The position numbers and the translations under genes are program-made. A stretch of 53,127 nt of DNA from a virus (Duplodnaviria; Heunggongvirae; Uroviricota; Caudoviricetes), in IMG/VR virus record IMGVR_UViG_3300046523_000117; one strand, given 5' to 3'. Within the stretch, counting starts at the first letter, position 1. Each line of letters begins with the position of its first letter. The notes beneath the pieces are model-generated. The model made no database searches. It was not told the origin of the DNA and saw nothing but the letters and a program-made list of their open reading frames with translations. Positions 17,110 through 24,052 of the stretch are shown piece after piece.

Positions 17110-17196
17110 TGGCTCCACGAGTTGGACTCGAACCAACAAGACACTAAGGAAGCTCCGTTAACAGCGGAGTGCAGTACCAATTATGCTTATCGTGGA
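17110..17196 (-). tRNA. tRNA-Asn(GUU) with expanded variable loop
   Basis: Loop CU-GUU-AA, G73, CCA. Confidence 0.8.
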
Positions 17197-17327
17197 ATTA
17201 TAAAACTATTTAGTGAGTCGAAATCCAACCCACCAAAGATCGATTCGGATAAACCAGTTACCATCGTTCAATCCACCACCAAGGCGAATCATTCGGTTCT
17301 TGCTATCCATTGGAATCTTAGTCAGGG

Positions 17328-17567
17328 TCATATCAAAATCTCTCTTGGGATTAACTGAGCGCTATGCTCGATGATGTATTTACCACCGGTTTCGGTGAAG
17401 AATTCGACACATATTGGAACAGTGACCGCATATGCAACCCCTAATACCCAATGACCAGTACGGCGTTTACCATCCAACACCATAGGCGGTGAATGGTATT
17501 GTCCATTATGAACAAACGCATGGCACACCAGCGGGTATTTGAAATCTAATAACCGTTTATCGATCAT
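17328..17567 (-). CDS. Hypothetical protein
   Basis: ORF with GAGAG RBS. Confidence 0.6.
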   Translation of the reverse strand: MIDKRLLDFKYPLVCHAFVHNGQYHSPPMVLDGKRRTGHWVLGVAYAVTVPICVEFFTETGGKYIIEHSAQLIPREILI

Positions 17568-17587
17568 ATATCTCTCTCACAATAATT

Positions 17588-17664
17588 TGGTGGGGTCATC
17601 TGGATTTGCACCAGAACCTCCGAGGCTGAATGCCACGACGCTCTCCTAATTGAGCTACAACCCC
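17588..17664 (-). ncRNA. tRNA-like RNA, non-canonical anticodon arm (5-nt loop AUUCA)
   Basis: Acceptor, D and T arms and CCA intact; arm GUGGC-AUUCA-GCCUC. Confidence 0.7.
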
Positions 17665-17733
17665 TTCGTCACCCGATTCTTTCACTTCGGGTCTAGCGAG
17701 TGTTCGTTACCTTAGACATCGGGGTATCGAATT

Positions 17734-17810
17734 TGGCTCCGGTAGCTGGACTCGAACCAGCGACATGACCGTTAACAGCGGACTGCTCTACCAACTGAGC
17801 TATACACGGA
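17734..17810 (-). tRNA. tRNA-Asn(GUU)
   Basis: Cloverleaf, loop CU-GUU-AA. Confidence 0.9.
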
Positions 17811-17832
17811 ATAAAACCTTTACATCAAAATT

Positions 17833-17909
17833 TGGTGGGTTTGGATGGAATTGCACCACCGACGCATCGGGCTTCGACCCAACCGCTCTACTAACTGAGC
17901 TACGCACCC
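17833..17909 (-). ncRNA. tRNA-like RNA, Phe-like but 6-nt loop UCGAAG
   Basis: D/T arms and CCA intact; anticodon arm UUGGG-UCGAAG-CCCGA. Confidence 0.7.
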
Positions 17910-17955
17910 AGATCCGAGAAGTTAACCACTGACTAGTATCGCGGTCTACTTCCCT

Positions 17956-18033
17956 GCTCTGTTACAGATATCACATTCTCATTACATCACCATTCCAGTG
18001 ATGGAGGGATTGCACCCCTGATATAGCAACAGC
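17956..18033 (-). ncRNA. Circularly permuted tRNA-like element
   Basis: CUGUUGCUAUAUC/GAUAUCUGUAACAG closing helix; T-arm-like GGGGUGCAAUCCCU, then CAUCAC/GUGAUG hairpin, then D-like segment. Confidence 0.5.
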
Positions 18034-18059
18034 ATTCTTTTTGATCGTTAGATCGAATT

Positions 18060-18134
18060 TGGTGCGGACGGCTGGAATTCAACCAACACTGTCACCCCGC
18101 AAATGGGGCTGCCTCTACATTGGGCTACATCCAC
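18060..18134 (-). ncRNA. tRNA-like RNA, 6-nt anticodon loop AUUUGC
   Basis: GUGGAUG/CGUCCGC-ACCA acceptor; arm GCCCC-AUUUGC-GGGGU. Confidence 0.65.
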
Positions 18135-18290
18135 TTTGGCCACTGTTCTTTTAAACCGTATACGTGGGTCACGGTACATACTATCCCCGGTTGTGGCTAC
18201 ACCGGCTGGGCTCTTGCTTCCAATGCCGCTAAGCATTTGATGGAATCCTAAGACGGGCCTTACTTCGCCTAATTAGCACTACAGCATGTT

Positions 18291-18370
18291 TGGTGGACCT
18301 GCAAGGAATCGAACCTTGTTGCTTCCGCACCGGGTTACAGCCGGGTGACTCGCCATTTGTCATCAGATCC
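18291..18370 (-). tRNA. tRNA-Tyr(GUA)
   Basis: Loop CU-GUA-AC, enlarged variable arm, CCA. Confidence 0.85.
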
Positions 18371-18374
18371 ATGT

Positions 18375-18666
18375 TCTATTTAGATCGGAGCAAATGGCTC
18401 AACAATCTGGAATTAGTAGCACCGGTAAAGGCTTAGTTCGGGTCCGACGTTGCAACGCCTCGAACTCAGTATGCAATAACTGGACACTTTGTCAGTCAAC
18501 ATGGGTTACATATAATGTCGAACCTATGAAAACTCCATCGGATGGTAACGTCACCCACAAAACCGCCGAGGTTTTATCGATAACCTGAAAACGCCGCCAT
18601 TTAAGGGTTGGTGGACCAACCGACATATCCCTATATGTCAGAGGACTTCGCTGTTTACCCAGCGGA
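18375..18666 (-). ncRNA. Candidate ~290-nt structured RNA
   Basis: Consecutive hairpins CGCUG/CAGCG, GACAUAU/AUAUGUC, GGUUGG/CCAACC, AGUUCG/CGAACU; no credible minus-strand ORF. Confidence 0.5.
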
Positions 18667-18669
18667 ATT

Positions 18670-18764
18670 TGGTGGATCGGATGGACTTACACCATCGTCT
18701 TTGCTACGGCCCGTCTAAACGGTTTCCATCAAACGCAACGCTCTCATACCTGAGCTACTAACCC
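18670..18764 (-). ncRNA. tRNA-like RNA with extended anticodon arm
   Basis: D arm GCUC/GAGC, T-like arm and CCA; anticodon arm lengthened, capped CCGU-UUAG-ACGG. Confidence 0.7.
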
Positions 18765-18770
18765 ATAATT

Positions 18771-18861
18771 TGGTGGGAAGGGGCAGATTCGAACTACCAT
18801 CCTATGACACCCTTCTAGCTAGTGATGTCAATTGCTTTATCCAGCAATAAGCTACCTTCCC
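18771..18861 (-). ncRNA. tRNA-like RNA with extended anticodon arm
   Basis: GGGAAGG/CCUUCCC-ACCA acceptor, T loop UUCGAAU; arm UGACAUC/GGUGUCA with 12-nt loop. Confidence 0.72.
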
Positions 18862-19051
18862 ATATGAACTGGCTGATTAGACCGGAAATAACATCCCATA
18901 CCACTATTTCAGATACTTCGATTATCCCCGCATACGTTCTCATATGCACGATTGAGCGAACCAATCGCAAATCCCCTTTGATATACCCCCTCCGGCTAGG
19001 ACATCTATTTAACGTGCGATGACACAGCTTTCGAGGAATCACCCTCAAAAA

Positions 19052-19138
19052 TGGTAGGTTGTGATGGATTCGAACCACCCGGATTGCCATCACAACCGAA
19101 GTCGAGTTAACAATGCTGTCCCATATAGCAGACAACCC
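19052..19138 (-). ncRNA. tRNA-like RNA whose anticodon arm is a long helix capped by cUUCGg
   Basis: GGGUUGU/ACAACCU-ACCA acceptor, T arm GGUGGUUCGAAUCCAUC; arm AUUGUUA..CGAC-UUCG-GUUG..UGGCAAU. Confidence 0.75.
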
Positions 19139-19144
19139 ATAATT

Positions 19145-19217
19145 TGGTGAGGATCGATGGAATTGAACCATCATTTCCGACGCAAAGCCCCGGTGTCCTA
19201 ACTTAGACGACATCCCC
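19145..19217 (-). ncRNA. tRNA-like RNA, irregular anticodon arm
   Basis: D arm GUC/GAC, T arm GAUGGUUCAAUUCCAUC, CCA; arm CCGG-GGCUUUGCG-UCGG. Confidence 0.6.
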
Positions 19218-19348
19218 ATGTTGATGATTGGGCTCTATTGGTAATCATCAAACCGCAATACCCCTGAACCTTTGGGGGCCACACGCTTATCCCCTTGAGC
19301 GTGGGCAGAAACCGTCGTACCGAAGTACCTAACGAGGGAGTTTCAATT

Positions 19349-19426
19349 TGGTGGGCCGCCCGAGACTCGAACTCGGAACCCCCGGATTAAAAGTCCGGTG
19401 CTACTAACCAATTGAGCTAGCGACCC
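19349..19426 (-). tRNA. tRNA-Lys(UUU)
   Basis: Cloverleaf, loop CU-UUU-AA. Confidence 0.95.
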
Positions 19427-19447
19427 ATGAAACTATTACAACAAATT

Positions 19448-19522
19448 TGGCGACTCTGAACGGATTCGAACCGTCACAACATTGCTAGACAGGCAATTGC
19501 ACTACCGTTATGCTACAGAGCC
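19448..19522 (-). tRNA. tRNA-Asp(GUC)
   Basis: Loop CU-GUC-UA, G73, CCA. Confidence 0.88.
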
Positions 19523-19528
19523 TTTTAA

Positions 19529-19596
19529 CTGGATACCGTCTTTATCTTTCAAGATTAAATGGTTTGAAATATATTTGGGTTTGCTGTTGGTATCCA
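19529..19596 (-). ncRNA. Y-RNA-like RNA 6 (ACAGCA family, short)
   Basis: UGGAUACC/GGUAUCCA helix + ACAGCA. Confidence 0.72.
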
Positions 19597-19600
19597 AAAC

Positions 19601-19658
19601 TGGTGTCGAAGGTTGATTAAGGATCAACACCCAGACCTTGTATTTCAAAGGCTTCGAC
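19601..19658 (-). ncRNA. Mini tRNA-like RNA with ACCA end
   Basis: Perfect 7-bp GUCGAAG/CUUCGAC stem + ACCA enclosing two hairpins (CCUU/AAGG, GUUGAU/AUCAAC). Confidence 0.6.
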
Positions 19659-19667
19659 ATAAAACTT

Positions 19668-19862
19668 TTAATTACAACTTGGAGCTAAGCGAGCATCGAC
19701 AAGTTGTATTGCGTGGCGAATGGCGTTTTCAATCACCATCTTGTTGCTGGATCGATTGCTCGCACTTCCGTTGAAGATTACGGCTTCTGCCCGATCAACC
19801 AATGTTGTAATCTGGTGATTGGAGATAGTTTGCAATTTCCGTTCACATCTACATTCGCACAT
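19668..19862 (-). CDS. Hypothetical protein
   Basis: ORF downstream of promoter motif; start uncertain. Confidence 0.5.
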   Translation of the reverse strand: MCECRCERKLQTISNHQITTLVDRAEAVIFNGSASNRSSNKMVIENAIRHAIQLVDARLAPSCN

Positions 19863-19922
19863 TATGTTACCATTCTATCACAAGTTGATTGGGAACTAAA
19901 CACAATCTCAAAATTCTTTTAG

Positions 19923-19975
19923 CTAGTTGCCATTCTGTTTTCTATACCAAGAAGTTTGAATGCTGTTGGCAACTA
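19923..19975 (-). ncRNA. Y-RNA-like RNA 7 (ACAGCA family, minimal)
   Basis: UAGUUGCC/GGCAACUA helix + ACAGCA; one small hairpin. Confidence 0.72.
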
Positions 19976-19980
19976 AAAAC

Positions 19981-20057
19981 TGGTAGGCATATCGGGACTC
20001 GAACCCAAACTATAAACTTAGAAGGATTATGTGCTGATCCAGTTACACTATACGCCC
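19981..20057 (-). tRNA. tRNA-Arg(UCU)
   Basis: Loop CU-UCU-AA; weak anticodon stem. Confidence 0.85.
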
Positions 20058-20089
20058 ATTGTATCACTGTTTCGAGTCAATCTAAACAG
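20058..20089 (-). promoter_or_regulatory. Phage sigma70-type promoter
   Basis: CTGTTTAGA-N17-TACAAT. Confidence 0.65.
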
Positions 20090-20090
20090 T

Positions 20091-20264
20091 TTAGGATTTT
20101 TCTTTCTTATCGGCTAGCGACTTGTAATAAAACCCACTACCGGGAAGTACCGCAAACAGCCAACATTTCCAACCGGGTGTTTCAAACTTCTCATGGTAGC
20201 GAGCGAAGAACACACAATCCCAGATCAAAAAGATCCAGAATATAATCAACAGGATAAAGGTCAT
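20091..20264 (-). CDS. Small membrane protein (57 aa, not in ORF track)
   Basis: MTFILLIIFWIFLIWDCVFF...; GAGG RBS. Confidence 0.6.
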   Translation of the reverse strand: MTFILLIIFWIFLIWDCVFFARYHEKFETPGWKCWLFAVLPGSGFYYKSLADKKEKS

Positions 20265-20281
20265 CACAATTTCCTCAAATT

Positions 20282-20372
20282 TGGCGGGTGGTAAAGGAGT
20301 CGAACCCTCACCGGCTCATCACCAGCGGCGACAGATTTCAAGTCTGTTTGTGCGCCATGCACGCTACCACCC
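20282..20372 (-). tRNA. tRNA-Ser(UGA)
   Basis: Loop CU-UGA-AA, long variable arm, G73. Confidence 0.88.
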
Positions 20373-20379
20373 ATTTACA

Positions 20380-20601
20380 TCATTTTCTATGAATAGATGT
20401 AACCATTTCATATTCTTCTGTCAGGGTGTACATTTGACCCCTGAATAGAAAGTCCGCTTGACACATACCACCCAACAGAAAGATTGGTTTGATCCATTCG
20501 ATATTTGGTTGGGTAGTGACCTGCAAAGCATCACGAATTTCTTGCAACTCAAACTGCGTCAGGTTCGTTTGAACCTGTGCCAATTCTTTAGGAAATGCCA
20601 T
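20380..20601 (-). CDS. Hypothetical protein
   Basis: ORF coupled to upstream ORF. Confidence 0.6.
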   Translation of the reverse strand: MAFPKELAQVQTNLTQFELQEIRDALQVTTQPNIEWIKPIFLLGGMCQADFLFRGQMYTLTEEYEMVTSIHRK

Positions 20602-20849
20602 TAATGCAACCCCAGAATTTTGTTTCGGTGGTCAACGTATTGTTTCTTACGTTGCTGTGCAATCGTCAAGGTCTGACCGTGAACGATTCGAGTCTGTACA
20701 GACTTTTGTTTCGTTTCTTCGGTTAACTGCTTGATTTTCTGGAACAGACCGTCTCCGATAAGCATCGTGGCTTTTCGACCTTGATAGTCAACCAAAACTC
20801 GATGTTTCGTGCTAACTCCGTAGCTAGCAAATGGGCAACCACAATTCAT
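20601..20849 (-). CDS. Hypothetical protein
   Basis: Start moved to MNCGC so it does not overlap tRNA-Gly. Confidence 0.6.
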   Translation of the reverse strand: MNCGCPFASYGVSTKHRVLVDYQGRKATMLIGDGLFQKIKQLTEETKQKSVQTRIVHGQTLTIAQQRKKQYVDHRNKILGLH

Positions 20850-20871
20850 AATATGTTTCTCACAAAGAATT

Positions 20872-20946
20872 TGGAGCGGATAGTCGGATTCGAACCGACG
20901 ACGAACAGCTTGGAAGGCTGACACTCTACCACTGAGTTATACCCGC
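20872..20946 (-). tRNA. tRNA-Gly(UCC)
   Basis: GCGG 5' end, loop CU-UCC-AA, U73. Confidence 0.93.
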
Positions 20947-21067
20947 AAAATAGAAAGCACGTTTCCCAACGTTCTCGCTATCCGAATACCCAAGGCGTTT
21001 AGGTATTTGGTTAAGTCAGCACCGGATAACTTGAATCTTTGTCCGTCTTGCCCTGACTTGTGAACCT

Positions 21068-21099
21068 ACTATAACACTGTTTCGAATCATTCTAAACAG
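21068..21099 (-). promoter_or_regulatory. Phage sigma70-type promoter
   Basis: CTGTTTAGA-N17-TATAGT. Confidence 0.7.
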
Positions 21100-21113
21100 A
21101 ATTACATTTTATT

Positions 21114-21572
21114 TTAAATCTTTGTTGGTGGCATGGTTGCGACCAGCTTGGCGTGTGATGGATCGTAAATAGCTTGGGTACTACCAATCGCTACTTTATC
21201 CTTTGGAATCAGATACTTAGCTACGATCAAACCTTGCTGTTCGAGCTTTTCCTTCCACTCGTCTTTATGTACCCAATCGCGCATCTGCTTTTTTGATGCA
21301 AAGCCGAATTTACATTCGCGGTGGAATAGCTCATAGCTTGCTTCACCCTCAAGACCTTTCTGACGCACTTCATCTTTCAATCGACGGTCAGACCAAGGGC
21401 CGGGGTGTCGATCCGTTGACATTTCCATCGTAGCAACACGGGTATCGCCTTTTGCGAAATACATTCCGAGACGGCTTTTAGGACATTCAACGCGGTACAC
21501 ACCCATTTGATCCATTTTGGTCACCATGTTTTTGACATGGGAGGATCTTACCACATCCGAATCTGTTTTCAA
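21114..21572 (-). CDS. Conserved phage hypothetical protein
   Basis: VYRVE...GMY...HPGP..D...FGFAS..Q...W pattern; start uncertain. Confidence 0.7.
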   Translation of the reverse strand: MKTDSDVVRSSHVKNMVTKMDQMGVYRVECPKSRLGMYFAKGDTRVATMEMSTDRHPGPWSDRRLKDEVRQKGLEGEASYELFHRECKFGFASKKQMRDWVHKDEWKEKLEQQGLIVAKYLIPKDKVAIGSTQAIYDPSHAKLVATMPPTKI

Positions 21573-21593
21573 TAGTCTCGGAACAAAATAATT

Positions 21594-21669
21594 TGGTGTG
21601 TCTGAACGGTAACGATCCGTTATCTATGGCTTTTCAGACCATCGCTTGTACCATATAAGCTACAGACAC
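21594..21669 (-). tRNA. tRNA-Phe(GAA)
   Basis: Loop CU-GAA-AA, CCA. Confidence 0.88.
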
Positions 21670-21674
21670 AAAAT

Positions 21675-21759
21675 TGGTGGATCAGGAGGGGTTCGAACCC
21701 ACATCGCATTCAGCACCGGGTTACAGCCGGTTAGGACTACCAATTGTCCCATCTGATCC
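21675..21759 (-). tRNA. tRNA-Tyr(GUA)
   Basis: Loop CU-GUA-AC, long variable arm. Confidence 0.88.
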
Positions 21760-21774
21760 AATTACATCAAAATT

Positions 21775-21850
21775 TGGTACGCACTGCGGGAGTCGAACCC
21801 ACCACCTCTCGGTTCGTAGCCGAGGATTCTTCCAGATGAACTAAGCGCGC
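21775..21850 (-). tRNA. tRNA-Arg(ACG)
   Basis: Loop CU-ACG-AA. Confidence 0.92.
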
Positions 21851-21851
21851 A

Positions 21852-21884
21852 ATAAAAAAGGGAACCCATTGCTGGATTCCCTTT
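21852..21884 (-). terminator. Rho-independent terminator immediately upstream of tRNA array
   Basis: AAAGGGAATCCA-GCAA-TGGGTTCCCTTTTTT. Confidence 0.85.
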
Positions 21885-21904
21885 ATGAAAAACTGAGACG
21901 TGGG

Positions 21905-22045
21905 TTACATGAACCCTAGGTCTATCTCTTTCATGAGAAATCCATTGATTGAAACTTTCTTGCCGAAATCAAAGGCAAAGCGATCCTGTACCGGATATCC
22001 AGCATTATTCAGGGAGCGTTTTGGGGAGGTAGTCATTGCGGACAT
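21905..22045 (-). CDS. Putative 46-aa leader peptide
   Basis: MSAMTTSPKRSLNNAGYPVQDRFAFDFGKKVSINGFLMKEIDLGFM*, GAGA RBS, ends ~20 nt before terminator. Confidence 0.5.
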   Translation of the reverse strand: MSAMTTSPKRSLNNAGYPVQDRFAFDFGKKVSINGFLMKEIDLGFM

Positions 22046-22129
22046 TTTTGATTTCTCAGTAAGAAGTTTTTACTTGGTATATGTATTTAGCGATGTGTTT
22101 TTCAAAAATTCGAAAATAATTGAAATATT

Positions 22130-22411
22130 TTAAAAATATTTTTCGCCGGTGTCCAGATAGGTCAACCAATCGACCATCATATAGCCCAAACGATCACGTT
22201 TCGACCAAGCATAGCCGTAGTTTGCGATGTCTCTGGGGCCGTGTAGCCACATCACCCGTGTCAGTTCCTGCATTTCATTCGAAATCAGCTCATACGACGA
22301 CACAGAGCGTTCTAGCAGGTCGTCCATGTATTCGCCTAACCACGTTTCACCACGTTTGGTGAAGTAGTCTTTGTAGCCGACCATGAATTGTACAAAGGTC
22401 CATTGCATCAA
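22130..22411 (-). CDS. Hypothetical protein
   Basis: ORF with AGGTG RBS. Confidence 0.6.
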   Translation of the reverse strand: MMQWTFVQFMVGYKDYFTKRGETWLGEYMDDLLERSVSSYELISNEMQELTRVMWLHGPRDIANYGYAWSKRDRLGYMMVDWLTYLDTGEKYF

Positions 22412-22448
22412 ATCACCTAAAGGGTGGGTTGCCCCACCCTATCACGGA

Positions 22449-23840
22449 TTACCAGTCGTAGCGGCTGATATTCACGGCTTCCAACATCATAGACATTGGA
22501 GTCATTTCAGGAACATCAGTTTGCGCCAGAACAGCTTTCAGAATTGCAGGGCTGAAACCAGACAGCATACAGGTTCGACCCGCCCCGAATGTAACCGGGA
22601 AGTTCGGTTGATTGGCAGCAACGATCCAGAAAATGATTTCAGGACGTTTGTAGCCAGCGGAAGCATACATGTTGTCGATCATGATATAGGCCGATTCTTT
22701 GTCCCAACCGCGTGCCGCCGAATTGAACTGCATATCCGAAATCAACAGGATCTTGGTTGGCATATCCGAAGCCGGTACACTGTTCTTACGAGCAGTTTCC
22801 AGAATCAAACGGAATGTCTTTTCCAGATCGGTCGAACCGCCCCACGGTGCAGACTTGGTAGTCTGGTAACGCTGGGTCAATGTCTTCTGATTGCTCAGAT
22901 CGATCATTTTCGGATTCGAATCGAAGGTAATGAATTTGTCTTGGAAAGCGCCTTTAGAGCGTTCCGCAACATACATACCCAACGAAATCGCAACATCCAT
23001 CGCAGACAGGTTTGCAGATACCGGCGTGTTCATCGAAGCCGAAACGTCGATAATCGGCAGGATGTTTTCGGTAGAGCCTTCCATGTAGTCAGGCAGAGCC
23101 TTCCACTGGGCATCAGCGATACCGGCAACCCCATTCAACCCACGAATTACATCATATGGGAAAATGGCCCCCGCATTGATCTTGGTCTTGCCAGTTGCCA
23201 GACCGTCGATATATTCCTGATACAGCTCTGGAGTATGGCGACTGAATGCTTTCTGGTAGTTCTTCGCAGCCAGCGATGGAATCTTGCCGAACTCAATTTC
23301 ATCCCATTGCTGGGCGCACATTTGCTGTTCAACAGTCTTCGACAGACCGACGATCAGTTTACGGTATTGACGCTCGGTCAATTCGAAAGCATTCATGAAG
23401 AATCGGGAATACTTCTTGCCTTCACGCGGCATCCATTTTGCTGCAAGACCATTCTTCTCGACCAGTGCCTGAGCAAAGGTTTCAGCGATCACACCGTCGA
23501 TTCGATCCGAATTACCGATCACACCAAACAGGTCATCCCAACGGCCAATCTCTGGAACCTTGGCGATCAGACGAACCACATCCTCGGTGTTATTATGCGC
23601 AAGGCTGATCAACAGCTTACGGAAGGTTTCACGTTCACCAGCACCACCGCGAACATCACGCGCCCATTGAAGGATACGGAATGCAATGTTTCGATCTTCA
23701 CGAACAGCCTTAAAGAAGGCTGGAGTAATGTCCTTACCACGCGAGGAACCAATCTGAGCGAACAGATCGACACACGCATTCAGGGACGATTTCACAGCAG
23801 TCATACCGTTGGTGGTTTGGGTCAGGTTCTGGTAGCTCAT
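22449..23840 (-). CDS. Ro60/TROVE-like helical repeat + vWA protein (DUF2828-type)
   Basis: N-terminal RDVRGGAGER, GRWDDL, LAAKWMPRE helical domain; C-terminal MIDAS DVSASM, GGSTDL, ISDMQF, SGFSP. Confidence 0.82.
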   Translation of the reverse strand: MSYQNLTQTTNGMTAVKSSLNACVDLFAQIGSSRGKDITPAFFKAVREDRNIAFRILQWARDVRGGAGERETFRKLLISLAHNNTEDVVRLIAKVPEIGRWDDLFGVIGNSDRIDGVIAETFAQALVEKNGLAAKWMPREGKKYSRFFMNAFELTERQYRKLIVGLSKTVEQQMCAQQWDEIEFGKIPSLAAKNYQKAFSRHTPELYQEYIDGLATGKTKINAGAIFPYDVIRGLNGVAGIADAQWKALPDYMEGSTENILPIIDVSASMNTPVSANLSAMDVAISLGMYVAERSKGAFQDKFITFDSNPKMIDLSNQKTLTQRYQTTKSAPWGGSTDLEKTFRLILETARKNSVPASDMPTKILLISDMQFNSAARGWDKESAYIMIDNMYASAGYKRPEIIFWIVAANQPNFPVTFGAGRTCMLSGFSPAILKAVLAQTDVPEMTPMSMMLEAVNISRYDW

Positions 23841-23887
23841 TCTAAATTCCTCACAATGGATTCAATATATTCTGTTTCGATGTGCAA

Positions 23888-23919
23888 AGCATACCACGTT
23901 CGAAACAGATTCTAAACAC
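23888..23919 (-). promoter_or_regulatory. Phage sigma70-type promoter for the Ro-like gene
   Basis: GTGTTTAGA-N17-TATGCT. Confidence 0.7.
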
Positions 23920-23941
23920 TTTCTCAAAATATTTTTGAGAC

Positions 23942-23970
23942 AAAAAAGCCCGGAAAATCCGGGCTTTTTA
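23942..23970. terminator. Bidirectional rho-independent terminator
   Basis: AAAAAAGCCCGGA-AAA-TCCGGGCTTTTT. Confidence 0.85.
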
Positions 23971-23977
23971 TTTTGTT

Positions 23978-24052
23978 TGGCAGGTTAGCTAGGACTCGAA
24001 CCCAGAACGCACGACTTTGGAGGCCGGCATGTTGCCATTACACTACTAACCT
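23978..24052 (-). tRNA. tRNA-Trp(CCA)
   Basis: AGG 5' end, loop CU-CCA-AA, G73. Confidence 0.9.

Noticed and set aside
17588-17664. Selenocysteine or opal suppressor tRNA (UCA in loop)
   Set aside because: The loop is 5 nt and there is no long variable arm or 8-bp acceptor of tRNA-Sec; treated as a tRNA mimic
18815-19219. 134-aa minus-strand ORF
   Set aside because: Overlaps three tRNA-like genes; no RBS or protein-like features
22383-23915. 510-aa plus-strand ORF
   Set aside because: Antisense shadow of the TROVE-vWA gene; no recognisable motifs and opposite to the local transcription direction
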